Positions 31,620 through 41,618 of a stretch of DNA of 64,000 nucleotides are shown in pieces. The translations under genes and the position numbers were made by a program. The stretch comes from Promethearchaeota archaeon (GTDB taxonomy: Archaea > Asgardarchaeota > Lokiarchaeia > Sigyniarchaeales > SOKP01). Position 1 is the first letter of the stretch, and every line of letters starts with the position of its first letter. Below the pieces are notes generated by a model that was not told the DNA's origin, made no database searches, and worked only from the letters and a program-made list of their open reading frames with translations. The stretch lies in NCBI GenBank assembly GCA_019058245.1, contig JAHPZJ010000025.1, forward strand, positions 28,408 through 92,407, written 5' to 3'.

Positions 31620-31865
31620 TTAACGTCACTAAATTTTTGAAATATAATAATTTATTTATGAAAAAATTTGCAAATTTTATTTTTAATTAGACTTTTTAAG
31701 ATTATTTATACTATCTAAAGGCATAATAGATTATCTTAAAATATGAGTAAACAAGTCTTATTGAATCTTTATAGAGAATATTGTTAAGATTGCTTTAATC
31801 TTTATTTTATATTGCTAAACCTATTAAATCTTGAGGGGATATAGGACCTACAACTTTCAGGAAAG

Positions 31866-31893
31866 GTAAATTCAGCGTTTGATTTCAATGAAA
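31866..31893 (+). repeat. 28-bp direct repeat, copy 1 (copy 2 at 32507-32534)
   Basis: GTAAATTCAGCgtttGATTTCAATGAAA versus GTAAATTCAGCatccGATTTCAATGAAA (25/28 identical). Confidence 0.8.
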
Positions 31894-32028
31894 ATTTCAT
31901 GTAAAAAATGAGATGAAAAAAATAGAGAATGTTCTTCAATATTTTACTTTTTTTGGTAATTAAATCATAAGAATTATAAAATTTAAGAATTTAAAACATA
32001 TAAATAGCTTATAAAGATAGCCTAATTA

Positions 32029-32394
32029 TTACCTTCTCAATGCCTTTTCAATAGTATCTAATTCTTTTTCTAATTCCTTTTTTCTTTCTTCAAGTAATTT
32101 CTCTCGTTCTAGCAGTTCTTCATTACTTGGTGTTGTTAAATATTCTCCTTTTTTATGAGCGGAGTGTGTATTTTTCAGTTCTTTTAAAATTTCATGTCTA
32201 TTTAACTTTTTAAATGATGGATCTGATTTATTTGGATAGATTGATCGATTAATATCAGCAATCCTTTTCCTTACTGCAGACCTAATAAATTCAGACTTAG
32301 TTTGCAGTTGTAAGTGTGAATATCTGTCTATTTTTTTGTAAAGCCTTTCGGATACCATTACTTTAATAAATTTCTCTTTTTTTTCATCCGTCAT
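32029..32394 (-). CDS. Ribbon-helix-helix (CopG-like) DNA-binding protein with coiled-coil tail
   Basis: FIKVMVSERLYKKIDRYS...TKSEFIRSAV. Confidence 0.8.
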   Translation of the reverse strand: MTDEKKEKFIKVMVSERLYKKIDRYSHLQLQTKSEFIRSAVRKRIADINRSIYPNKSDPSFKKLNRHEILKELKNTHSAHKKGEYLTTPSNEELLEREKLLEERKKELEKELDTIEKALRR

Positions 32395-32420
32395 TTTAAA
32401 TATCCATTATTACTATAATT

Positions 32421-32447
32421 ATGATCATTATGATCAATATGATCATT
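32421..32447. promoter_or_regulatory. Three tandem 9-bp repeats (ATGATCAWT), probable RHH operator
   Basis: ATGATCATT ATGATCAAT ATGATCATT, 27-53 bp upstream of the RHH start. Confidence 0.6.
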
Positions 32448-32506
32448 TTCATATTTAAATCTTACTTGACACAAAAGTAAATTTATTATAATATTGAGTT
32501 AGAACA

Positions 32507-32534
32507 GTAAATTCAGCATCCGATTTCAATGAAA
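32507..32534 (+). repeat. 28-bp direct repeat, copy 2
   Basis: Matches 31866-31893 at 25/28 positions. Confidence 0.8.
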
Positions 32535-32671
32535 GTTTTTTTGAAAAAATTTTTCTCCCTTAAAAAAAAATATCTGGATCAAATGAACAATGAATTCTCA
32601 AGAGTTATAAAATTACATGTCTTCAAAACACAGCGGATTTACTATTTTGATTAAAGAAACAAAAAAAAAAT

Positions 32672-32989
32672 TTAATTAATAATTTTTTGAATCATTTCAT
32701 AATTTCCAGTACATTGAATTTTCTCTTCTCCTTCTTTTATATAGAATTGAACATCTTGGTATGGCCAAAAAATTCTTTGCTCACAAACAAAGCCTGTTGT
32801 TACTACAATATTCAATTGATTTTTCATCGATTCAACCACGTTCATATATTTGTTATATTGTTTTTCAGAATCCCGCATTACATTCACATTAAGCACCACT
32901 ATTTCTTGACCTTCTTATGCAATTAACACTTTGAGACGCTCTATTAAATACATCCATTTAACTTCCCACGAAGTATTTTGTTCGCTCAT
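32672..32989 (-). pseudogene. Hypothetical gene with in-frame TAA at codon 25
   Basis: ATG at 32989 (AGGA upstream) gives MSEQNTSWEVKWMYLIERLKVLIA*EGQEIVVLNV..., continuing in frame into the 32672-32899 ORF. Confidence 0.5.
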
Positions 32990-33051
32990 AAATCCTACTT
33001 ATATTGAGATTATACAAAAAAAAAAAAAATAAAGAGATTCTCAAAATAATA

Positions 33052-34743
33052 TTAATGAATATTTGGATATATTACCTTATTTGGATAAATTTTCCGTGCT
33101 TTTTTTATTAATTCAAGAGCAGCATCATTTTTTTTCATATTGAATAATATTTCTGCTTGTTCTGAATATATTTCAAATAATGATTCTTTTTTCAATTCTG
33201 GATTGATAATATCTTCTAAAACTCTTAAAGCATCCTTATTTTTTTTTAAATAGAATGCAAGATATCGTGCTTTTTGTAGGTAAAATTTTAATAAGTTTGG
33301 ATCAATTTTGATAGCAGTATCTAATACTTCTAAAGCTTTTTCATATTGATCTATGAAACAATAAATTGAGGCTAATTGTGAATAGTATTCTGAATTATTT
33401 GGTTCTAATTCAATTGCTCTATTTAATGCTTCTATTGCTTCTTCAAATTTATTCATCCAAATTAAAATATTTGCTAAATTTAAGTAATAATTTGATACAT
33501 TTGGGGCCATTTCAATAGCTTTCTTGATTGTTCTTAAAGCTTCATGATATTCGCCTTTAAATTGTAAGATTTGTGTTTTAATGGCATAATTTAAAGAATT
33601 TTTAGTATCCATCTTAATTGCTTTACCAACATATTCTAAAGCATTATTTACTGTTTCCTGATGTTTGGGGGGTGGTAGTTCTTTACTAGCTTCTTTAAGA
33701 TATAGTAAGGCTCTTTTTTGTAAATATTCTAAACGTTCAAAAATGTAGATATCGGAAGTTAAGATTAAAGAGGGAATTTCTTTCAGATTTAGGTAATTTA
33801 CAAAATATTTTTTCTTAAAGTCTTTAAAGATATTTATTAAATAATTTCTTATTAAGTTATAAAGAGGTGGTTCTAGATCCTCATGAAAGAGATTATATTT
33901 TTTAATTAATTCAAATAATACTTCTTCACATATATCATTTATAATGATTTCCTTAAAATCATAAGAATTTACAAATCCTAAATAATAATGATCTCTTAGA
34001 ATAGATTGTATAACACCTTTAAAAATAGTTCCATATTCATCTGTGGATCTAAAATAAACACAAAATTCGTTATTTGATGATTTTAATTCATAAATTGTTA
34101 TATAACAAGCATCTTTTTCAATAACCTTGTGTAAAAACCATTTTAATTCCGTTTTTGTTAACTTACTCTTCCCATATTTCTTGATGAAATCATCCAATGA
34201 AATTGAAATATTAGAGGTTTTATCAAAAAATTTAACATGGTTTAAAGCTAAGTATAGAATTGAAATATTTAATTTATCTTCAGACAGCGACTTTAATTCA
34301 TCAGTTGTTAATTCATTTTTTAGTTTGAGAAATTCAATTATAATATTTTCATCTTTTATATTAAAAGAATTAAATAGGTGAGAAATTTGATTAAAATTTT
34401 TGGAAAATGCTTTTTGCTCTAAATCTAGTATAGTCTTAATGCCTAATCTATAAGATTTAAGTCGTTTTAATAACTCTTTTACTCCTAAACTTGAGATTGA
34501 ATAAATACTATTCTTTTGATCACGTGAGACGTTAATACAATTTTTGTTTTTTAATTTTTTAGCCCACTTATGGAAAGTATTTTTATTCATTCTATTTGTT
34601 ATACCTTTCTCGGAACTATTTATGAATTCTTCACGTCTCATCGGACCATAAACGCTTAATGCATAAAGAATGATATCTTCATATTGTTTAATTTCCCAAA
34701 TTTGAATGGGTATTTTATTAGGAATGATATTCATTTCAGCCAT
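33052..34743 (-). CDS. N-terminal winged helix + C-terminal TPR repeats
   Basis: MNKNTFHKWAKKL...YSISSLG wHTH; several TPRs (EALRTIKKAIEMAP, EAIEALNRAIELEP). Confidence 0.85.
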   Translation of the reverse strand: MAEMNIIPNKIPIQIWEIKQYEDIILYALSVYGPMRREEFINSSEKGITNRMNKNTFHKWAKKLKNKNCINVSRDQKNSIYSISSLGVKELLKRLKSYRLGIKTILDLEQKAFSKNFNQISHLFNSFNIKDENIIIEFLKLKNELTTDELKSLSEDKLNISILYLALNHVKFFDKTSNISISLDDFIKKYGKSKLTKTELKWFLHKVIEKDACYITIYELKSSNNEFCVYFRSTDEYGTIFKGVIQSILRDHYYLGFVNSYDFKEIIINDICEEVLFELIKKYNLFHEDLEPPLYNLIRNYLINIFKDFKKKYFVNYLNLKEIPSLILTSDIYIFERLEYLQKRALLYLKEASKELPPPKHQETVNNALEYVGKAIKMDTKNSLNYAIKTQILQFKGEYHEALRTIKKAIEMAPNVSNYYLNLANILIWMNKFEEAIEALNRAIELEPNNSEYYSQLASIYCFIDQYEKALEVLDTAIKIDPNLLKFYLQKARYLAFYLKKNKDALRVLEDIINPELKKESLFEIYSEQAEILFNMKKNDAALELIKKARKIYPNKVIYPNIH

Positions 34744-34944
34744 ATTACTACAACTTATTTTTAAAAATTTAAAATTAACTAGTTAGGACAAGTATTAGGA
34801 CAAAAGACATAAATTTCTAAAAAATAAATTACTTTTTAATCAATTATTAAAAAATCTCCTTATATAAAAATAAAATAATAGTAATTTTTGTGTTATAAAT
34901 TGTAGTTCCCTCTATTATTCATTTTATAAAATCATGGTGAAAAT

Positions 34945-35142
34945 TTGTTTAAAAGGATAGAGAAATATAAATGTCCCCGCTGTGAAAGTGAAGATATATT
35001 AGAATTTGATAATTTTATCTCTTGTTACAAATGTCATTTAGATTTTGATAAAAAATTTCTTGGAGTAATTAATGATGAAAATATTTTGGCTCGAGAAGAG
35101 CTGAAAGGTATTTTTGATACTTTTAGTAAAAGAGATACTTAA
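34945..35142 (+). CDS. Small Zn-ribbon protein
   Basis: CPRC...CYKC; GGTGA ribosome-binding site before the TTG. Confidence 0.75.
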   Translation: MFKRIEKYKCPRCESEDILEFDNFISCYKCHLDFDKKFLGVINDENILAREELKGIFDTFSKRDT

Positions 35143-35469
35143 TTTTCTGAAATATCACTAAATCTTCGATAAAGAGAAAGTAAATGTTTTAAGAAATAAC
35201 CATTATCATATAATTAGAGTTGGAAATGAATTAAAAGTAATTATTAAAATGAAACAAAACACAAAACTCGAAAATACAAGATTATTTTAACATTTCTCAT
35301 TTGAATATCTCAATCGATTCTTTTTCATTTATAATATTCCTTATAATTCTTACATTTTAATTATAAATAAAAGAATATAAAAACAGAGATAATTAGACTT
35401 CAATAATAATTATCGATAACATACATTTAGACTCTTAAAGCCCAAATAAATTAGAAAATCTTAAAAAAG

Positions 35470-35838
35470 TTGATATTGAGTATTTCATTAAACAGAATTA
35501 CATATAATAAAAATTTGAGTAATATGAATTACTACATTTTTTTTGTAACTGTACCTAATATTGAAGAAGGTCAAAAAATAGCTAAAATTTTAGTAGAAAA
35601 TAAACTCGCAGCATGTGTAAATATTATTCAAAATATCCTTTCAGTTTATAGATGGAGAGGTAAGATTGAAGAAGATAATGAACATTTATTAATTATCAAA
35701 ACCACAGAAGAAAATAACACCAAAATTATTAAAAAAGTAAAGGAAATCCATTCCTATACAGAACCAGAGTGTATAGGCCTTAAAATTGAAACTGGATCAG
35801 ACACATATTTAAATTGGATTAAAGAAATGGTTGAATAA
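35470..35838 (+). CDS. cutA: Divalent-cation tolerance protein CutA (start probably at 35524)
   Basis: LVENKLAACVN, SVYRWRG, HSYTEPE and YLNW. Confidence 0.93.
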   Translation: MILSISLNRITYNKNLSNMNYYIFFVTVPNIEEGQKIAKILVENKLAACVNIIQNILSVYRWRGKIEEDNEHLLIIKTTEENNTKIIKKVKEIHSYTEPECIGLKIETGSDTYLNWIKEMVE

Positions 35839-35862
35839 CTAAGAAATATCTATTATATAATT

Positions 35863-36699
35863 ATGCTACATGATATTTTTCAAATCGATTGGATCTTTGT
35901 TGATACAATTATAATAATTCTATTGATTCTACTCTTAGTTAGTGTAAAGATTTTTAAATCAACTCATCGATGGCGTTCATCCTTTACTAATATGTCTATG
36001 GATACATTTTTTATTTCAAATCTTCAAAATCTTGTTGGAAATAAATATATTCGTATAAAAAAAGTGGTTTTAATAAAAAATTCTTCTTTACAAGAAAAAG
36101 CTAGTAAAAATCCAACTATTATAATTTTGAGAACACATCATAGTAGGAGATTCTTAAAAATTTTAGCTGAAGCTCTAGGGAGTAATGGTTTCAACATTGT
36201 TTTAGCAAATTTTAAAATTAGAAATTATCTGAATAAAAATAATTACACAAATATCGTAATTAGTGAGTTAAAATCTATCATTTCGATAATTTTGGACGCG
36301 TATGAAAAAAGGGGATTAATAATAAATCAAAATTATATATCATTAAGCCATTCAGCATCAGTTCTTCTTTATAAAGCGATTTTAACAGATAGTAAAAATA
36401 AAGGTCTAATTTTAATTAATCCAAAAATAGATTCAGAAAATCTGAAAAATTTTACTGAAATTAATAAGAATAAACATGCAAATATTCATTTGTATACTAT
36501 TTTTAGCAAATATTCTTTCTTTATATTTTCTAATAAAAACTTAAAATTTCTACAAACTAATATTTCCTCTCAAAAATTATCAGAACTAAAAGTTATAATC
36601 CTTGAAAAGGCTAAAAAATCTTTCAAATATTATGAAACTATTGTATTAGGAACCATTATTAATATTATTGAAAATAAATTAGTAAAATTAAATACCTAA
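35863..36699 (+). CDS. Membrane-anchored hypothetical protein (degenerate alpha/beta-hydrolase-like)
   Basis: N-terminal TM; LAEALGSNGFNIVL, SLSHSAS and GLILINP pattern. Confidence 0.6.
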   Translation: MLHDIFQIDWIFVDTIIIILLILLLVSVKIFKSTHRWRSSFTNMSMDTFFISNLQNLVGNKYIRIKKVVLIKNSSLQEKASKNPTIIILRTHHSRRFLKILAEALGSNGFNIVLANFKIRNYLNKNNYTNIVISELKSIISIILDAYEKRGLIINQNYISLSHSASVLLYKAILTDSKNKGLILINPKIDSENLKNFTEINKNKHANIHLYTIFSKYSFFIFSNKNLKFLQTNISSQKLSELKVIILEKAKKSFKYYETIVLGTIINIIENKLVKLNT

Positions 36700-36708
36700 A
36701 TTTTTCTG

Positions 36709-37416
36709 ATGAAAAAAGAGAGAATTTTAAGAGATCATCATGGATTTATAATATATTCTGAAGAAGATTGGACACTCTTAAAAAACAAAAGAGTGAGAGC
36801 TATTGAATTATTAAAAATGTTCACAAAAGAAGGATTCAATCCATTTATTTATGGAAGTATTGCACGTGGCAATATCCATGAAAATAGTGATATTGATATT
36901 ATATTTCTTAACCAAGTTCCCTCATTTCAGATTGAGTTTATTTTAAATAAACATGGTTATAAAAATTATTTTAGAGAAATTATTATGGCAACTCCCTTAG
37001 ATTCAATAAAACTTTACATTTATTTAAGCGAATTAGAAAGTATAACTATACCATTATCAAAATTAGATAAAAATATTTTAGAATTTTATGATTTTGGTGG
37101 AAAAATCAACTTAAGTCAACTTAATTCAGATTTAAGAGTGGCGGGTATTGATAAAAGACTGGTTCTAATCAAACCTAACCCTGAAGGTCACGAAGAAATC
37201 TCAATTATAGGCAACGAACTGAGAGCAGCAAAAGAAGTAGGTATTAGTATTGATACATTAAAAGAGCGTAAAAAAGTGTTATTGAGAAGAGAAAAGTATG
37301 GAAAAACTGGAGTATTTTTAAAAAAACAACTTCAAATTAATGAAACCACTGAAGAAGCTTTAAAAAATTTAGCACATAAAAAATCTATTGTGAGAAAAAA
37401 ATTATTTAAAATATGA
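36709..37416 (+). CDS. Nucleotidyltransferase (Pol beta superfamily)
   Basis: YGSIARGNIHENSDIDI, FGG, GIDKRL and GKTGVFL. Confidence 0.88.
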   Translation: MKKERILRDHHGFIIYSEEDWTLLKNKRVRAIELLKMFTKEGFNPFIYGSIARGNIHENSDIDIIFLNQVPSFQIEFILNKHGYKNYFREIIMATPLDSIKLYIYLSELESITIPLSKLDKNILEFYDFGGKINLSQLNSDLRVAGIDKRLVLIKPNPEGHEEISIIGNELRAAKEVGISIDTLKERKKVLLRREKYGKTGVFLKKQLQINETTEEALKNLAHKKSIVRKKLFKI

Positions 37417-38564
37417 AAAAGATATCTTTAACTAAATCGGAAGGAGACACTTATTTTATAAAAAGTAGGGATATACCAAAAGGGTGTAAGTATTGTCTAA
37501 AAGGGAGTAAGGTAGTATTATTTCTAAATGGTATATGTCAAAAACCAGACCATTGTTCTTGGTATTGTCCAATTTCGGAAGAAAGGAGAGATAATAATCA
37601 AACCTATGCAAATGAAATTGAGATTACATCTAAAGAAGAACTAATTAAAGAAATAAATATGATTAATGCTCAAGGAATGAGCATTACTGGCGGGGAAACG
37701 CTTTCAGATTTAAACTTTGAAAGAACAATTGATTATATCAAATATACTAAAAATAAAAAAGGAAAAAAGTTTCACATTCACCTTTATACAAATGGCATTA
37801 ATTTTAGTGAAGAAAAAGCTGAAAAATTATCTATAGCTGGTTTGGATGAAATACGATTTCATCCTTCTAAAGAAGAATGGGCTAATATAGAGAAAGCTCT
37901 AAATAAGCATATGGCAGTTGGAGTAGAAGTACCCGTTATCCCTGAAAATGAGAAATTAAAAGAACTCGAACAATTAATCCTCTATTTAAATACAATTGGA
38001 GTAGATTTTATTAATTTAAATGAATTTGAATATTGTTTTCCAAATAGTGAATCATTAAAAGAACGAGGCTTTCAATTGAAAAAAGGAACAATTGCCACGG
38101 TTGTTGATAGTAAGGAAACGGGACTTAATTTAATAAGAAGCATCGGGTCTAAAGTATCTCTAAAGATGCATTTTTGTACTATAAGAGCAAAAGACTATTT
38201 TCAATTAAAAAACCGATATATTAGAAGAGCCAAAAACATCAGGCTAGCTTATGAAGTAATTAATGAAGAGGGGCTTATAATTTATGGACAAATAGAGGGC
38301 AATCAAAAAGAATTAGATGAATTGTATAAAATTCTATTGAATAAGCTAAAAATTCAAGATAAATTGATTTCGTATAATAGAATTAATATTAAACTTCCCT
38401 TTTATATATCAATTAAAGAAGAATTTTTATCACTTCTAGAAAATTATAACTTAAAAGGTTTTATTGTTGAGATTACACCTTTTAGGCATTTAAAATACCA
38501 ACAAATAACAGAAAAAACCCCTATTAAATTATTTAAAGAAGAGTATGGCTTTGATAGAAGTTAA
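37413..38564 (+). CDS. Radical SAM protein
   Basis: PKGCKYC, C-x5-C-x3-C, SITGGE, HIHLYT and GLDEIRFH. Confidence 0.88.
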   Translation: MKKISLTKSEGDTYFIKSRDIPKGCKYCLKGSKVVLFLNGICQKPDHCSWYCPISEERRDNNQTYANEIEITSKEELIKEINMINAQGMSITGGETLSDLNFERTIDYIKYTKNKKGKKFHIHLYTNGINFSEEKAEKLSIAGLDEIRFHPSKEEWANIEKALNKHMAVGVEVPVIPENEKLKELEQLILYLNTIGVDFINLNEFEYCFPNSESLKERGFQLKKGTIATVVDSKETGLNLIRSIGSKVSLKMHFCTIRAKDYFQLKNRYIRRAKNIRLAYEVINEEGLIIYGQIEGNQKELDELYKILLNKLKIQDKLISYNRINIKLPFYISIKEEFLSLLENYNLKGFIVEITPFRHLKYQQITEKTPIKLFKEEYGFDRS

Positions 38565-39030
38565 AAAGGTTCTTACCAAAGATTTAAACAAAATAACAAC
38601 TCTCGAAAAGAAAATTTTTAAGGAGAATGCATTTTCGAAAGAATTAATTGAGAAATTAATTATGAAAAACTTATTCTTTTTAAAACTGGAAATTTCTAAA
38701 GTAAAGAATAAGATAATTGGTTTTATTATTGCTTTAAAAGATCAAAACAAAAATGTTAGTATTATTAACTTTCTTATTGATCCCAAATTTCAAAATAAGG
38801 GATATGGGTCATACCTTCTACAATATACTATAGAAAAGATAAAAAAATTAAATAATATCAAAAAAATTACCTTAAATGTTCAATTAAGTAATTCCATTGC
38901 TATTTGTCTGTATGAAAAATTCAATTTCAAAAGAAATCCAACAATTTTAGAGAATTATTATCAATCTGGAGAAAGTGCTTATTTAATGGAACTTGAAATT
39001 AACTCTCGATTAACTAAAACTTATAAATAA
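38545..39030 (+). CDS. GNAT N-acetyltransferase (RimI/Ard1-like)
   Basis: IDPKFQNKGYGS, LNV..SN..AI.LYEKFNF and YYQSGESAYLM. Confidence 0.88.
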   Translation: MALIEVKKVLTKDLNKITTLEKKIFKENAFSKELIEKLIMKNLFFLKLEISKVKNKIIGFIIALKDQNKNVSIINFLIDPKFQNKGYGSYLLQYTIEKIKKLNNIKKITLNVQLSNSIAICLYEKFNFKRNPTILENYYQSGESAYLMELEINSRLTKTYK

Positions 39031-39103
39031 ATTCTATTATAATATGTGTAAATATTAAATTAATTATTTTTAATGAATTTAAAATAGAAGGTGTTTATTA
39101 AAA

Positions 39104-39256
39104 TTGGCTCCAGTAGATAAAGAACTTCAAGAAGAAATTAAAAAGGGTGTAACACTTCAAAAAGTTGATGAAGAAGAGTTAAAGAGACGTGAAGAAGAAA
39201 AAAAGAAACGTATGGAAGAGCTAGAAAAAGTTAAAGAAGCTCTAGGAGAAAAATGA
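39104..39256 (+). CDS. Unannotated 50-aa peptide with WH2-like motif and charged helix
   Basis: TTG start after GAAGGTG; MAPVDKELQEEIKKGVTLQKVDEEELKRREEEKKKRMEELEKVKEALGEK*; T-rich tract downstream. Confidence 0.8.
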   Translation: MAPVDKELQEEIKKGVTLQKVDEEELKRREEEKKKRMEELEKVKEALGEK

Positions 39257-39409
39257 AAAAACAGTATATCTAAAAGAGTTAATTTTTATCTTTTTTATTT
39301 ATTTTATTATTAAAAAATAATTTTTATTATACTAGATTAAATTAAGCTTTTCTTTAATTTTAGATTAGTTTTATTTAATACATAACTTTTTAAGATAAAG
39401 TCTAAAGAT

Positions 39410-40483
39410 TTGAAAATTCTAAATCTTGATCTAAAACTTGGAAAAGTAAAAGTACAGGTTGAAAATCTATACGATTTATGGTCTCTGTATAATATTATTG
39501 ATAAAAATGATGAAGTTAGTGCTTTAACTCAGAGAAGAGTCGTTCTTAGAGAAGGTACCAAGGGTGAACGAAAACGAATGAGATTAAAACTAAAAGTTGA
39601 GGATGTCTCCTTTCATGAATTTTCAAATCGATTGAGAATTAAGGGCAAAATTCTTGAGGGTCCAGACGATTTTGTCAGTTTTGGGTCATATCACACTTTT
39701 AATGTTGAAATACCACAAAAAATAACAATTATTAAGGAATATTGGTTAAATAATGAAATTAATCGACTAAAAGAGACTTCAAAATTTGAATCTAACTTCA
39801 TAATTCTAGTATGCGCAATCGAAACAGGATTAGCAACAATAGCACTTATTACCAATTTCAGTCATAATAGAATTGCTACGATCAGAAAAAACATCCCTGG
39901 TAAAAGATATAAACAGACCTATCGCAATAAGGCGTTAGAGGAGTTTTTTAGTGAAATAAAAAATGTTATGATTGAAAAGACTAAAAATTCAGAAATCGAT
40001 TTAATTATATTGTGTGGACCAGGTAATACTAAAGATAATTTCTTACAATATTTTCAAAAAGATCCAGAGATGACCTTTAAGGGAACAATAGAAACTTGTC
40101 AAGCAAGTTCTGGGACAGAGAGTGCTATTAGAGAGACTTTAAAATCAAATAAATTGGAAAAGTTAAAAAAAAAAATTAAAGTCCTGCAAGAAACAGAAAA
40201 AATTGAAAATATTATGACACAATTTGTAAAGGATGCCGATCTCATAGTTATCGGACTTGAAGAAGTGTCTAAAGCCTCTGAAAAAGGTGCAATTAAACAG
40301 TTAATGATAGCAGACATTTTAATTAGAGGTTCCTCTAAAAAAGATAAATTAAAAATAGAAGAAATTATAAACAATGTTAAAAATAGTGGTGGGGAAATTA
40401 GTATGATGAGCACTGAAAATATAACTGGGGAGCAATTAGTAAACCTAGGTTCTATAATTGGAATTTTACGATATAAACTTTAA
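39410..40483 (+). CDS. pelA: Pelota/Dom34 ribosome rescue factor
   Basis: DLWSLYNII, RLRIKG.I, GSYHT, GPG, GEQL..LGSI.GILRY. Confidence 0.95.
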   Translation: MKILNLDLKLGKVKVQVENLYDLWSLYNIIDKNDEVSALTQRRVVLREGTKGERKRMRLKLKVEDVSFHEFSNRLRIKGKILEGPDDFVSFGSYHTFNVEIPQKITIIKEYWLNNEINRLKETSKFESNFIILVCAIETGLATIALITNFSHNRIATIRKNIPGKRYKQTYRNKALEEFFSEIKNVMIEKTKNSEIDLIILCGPGNTKDNFLQYFQKDPEMTFKGTIETCQASSGTESAIRETLKSNKLEKLKKKIKVLQETEKIENIMTQFVKDADLIVIGLEEVSKASEKGAIKQLMIADILIRGSSKKDKLKIEEIINNVKNSGGEISMMSTENITGEQLVNLGSIIGILRYKL

Positions 40484-40491
40484 TAAAAAAA

Positions 40492-41526
40492 ATGACCTCT
40501 GAAATAATTTATGTGAATGAGAAATCAGAAATTCCATTATCTGGTGTAGATTTCATTGGTGTAATTGATAGAGGTACTAATGTTATTGAAGTGAAACCTT
40601 TAACTTTATGCAACTTGAATTGCAAATATTGTTTTGTAAGTGCTGGAGATTATACTACTAATTTTATCGTCGATCCAAACTTTTTACTCAGTAAAATAAA
40701 AGATATTATTAAAATAAAAGGAAATTATAAGATTGAAATTCATTTTGCTCCATATGGGGAAATTTTGTTATATCCAGGATTAATTGATTTAATAAAAGAA
40801 TTATGGAATATCGAAGGAGTAGAAGTAATCTCTCTGCAGACCAATGGATTATTACTTAATGAAGAAATAATAAAAAAATTAGAAAAATATAAAGTAACAA
40901 GAATTAATATTAGTTTAAATTCACTAAATCAAAAAAAAGCTATGTTTTTAAGTAATTGTGAGAAGTATAACGTAAAGAGCCTCTTAAAGAGCATCTTATT
41001 GTTACTAAAAACACAAATTGACGTATTGATCGCCCCTGTGTGGTTTCCTGGAGAAAACGATAAGGATATTGAAGATATAATTAAATTTGTTCTAAATCTA
41101 AGAAATAAAGGATTCTCCCAAAAAGAAATTCAAATTGGAATTCAAAAATATTTGATTTATAAGACTGGACGTAGATTAAAAAAAATAAGACCAAAAAGCT
41201 GGGATTATTTTTACAAGCAACTATCTGTAATGGAAAAAAAGTTTGGAATTAAACTAAAATTAGGTCCACGAGATTTCGGAATCCATAAACGGGAAATAGG
41301 TGCCAGTCTGAATATACAGAAAAATGATCATGTCAGATTAAAAATTATTTCTAAAGGTCGATGGAAAAGAGAATTTATTGGGAAATTAAATGATAACTTT
41401 GGTATAAAAGTACTTTTAAATAAACCTATTCTGCACCCTGAACATCTGATTGGTAATTATATTGAAACTAAAATTATTAAAGCCAATTATAAAGATAATA
41501 TTCTAACAGCATCTTTTTCAATATAA
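40492..41526 (+). CDS. Radical SAM protein with C-terminal TRAM-like domain
   Basis: GVIDRGTNVIEV, CNLNCKYC, QTNG and IQKY....GR. Confidence 0.88.
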   Translation: MTSEIIYVNEKSEIPLSGVDFIGVIDRGTNVIEVKPLTLCNLNCKYCFVSAGDYTTNFIVDPNFLLSKIKDIIKIKGNYKIEIHFAPYGEILLYPGLIDLIKELWNIEGVEVISLQTNGLLLNEEIIKKLEKYKVTRINISLNSLNQKKAMFLSNCEKYNVKSLLKSILLLLKTQIDVLIAPVWFPGENDKDIEDIIKFVLNLRNKGFSQKEIQIGIQKYLIYKTGRRLKKIRPKSWDYFYKQLSVMEKKFGIKLKLGPRDFGIHKREIGASLNIQKNDHVRLKIISKGRWKREFIGKLNDNFGIKVLLNKPILHPEHLIGNYIETKIIKANYKDNILTASFSI

Positions 41527-41618
41527 ACTTAAATAATAAAAATATTATATTAATCAAAATAAGTAAAACATTTTAGAAATTTATAGAAATAGTACATAGT
41601 TTTAGAGTATGAATTAAA

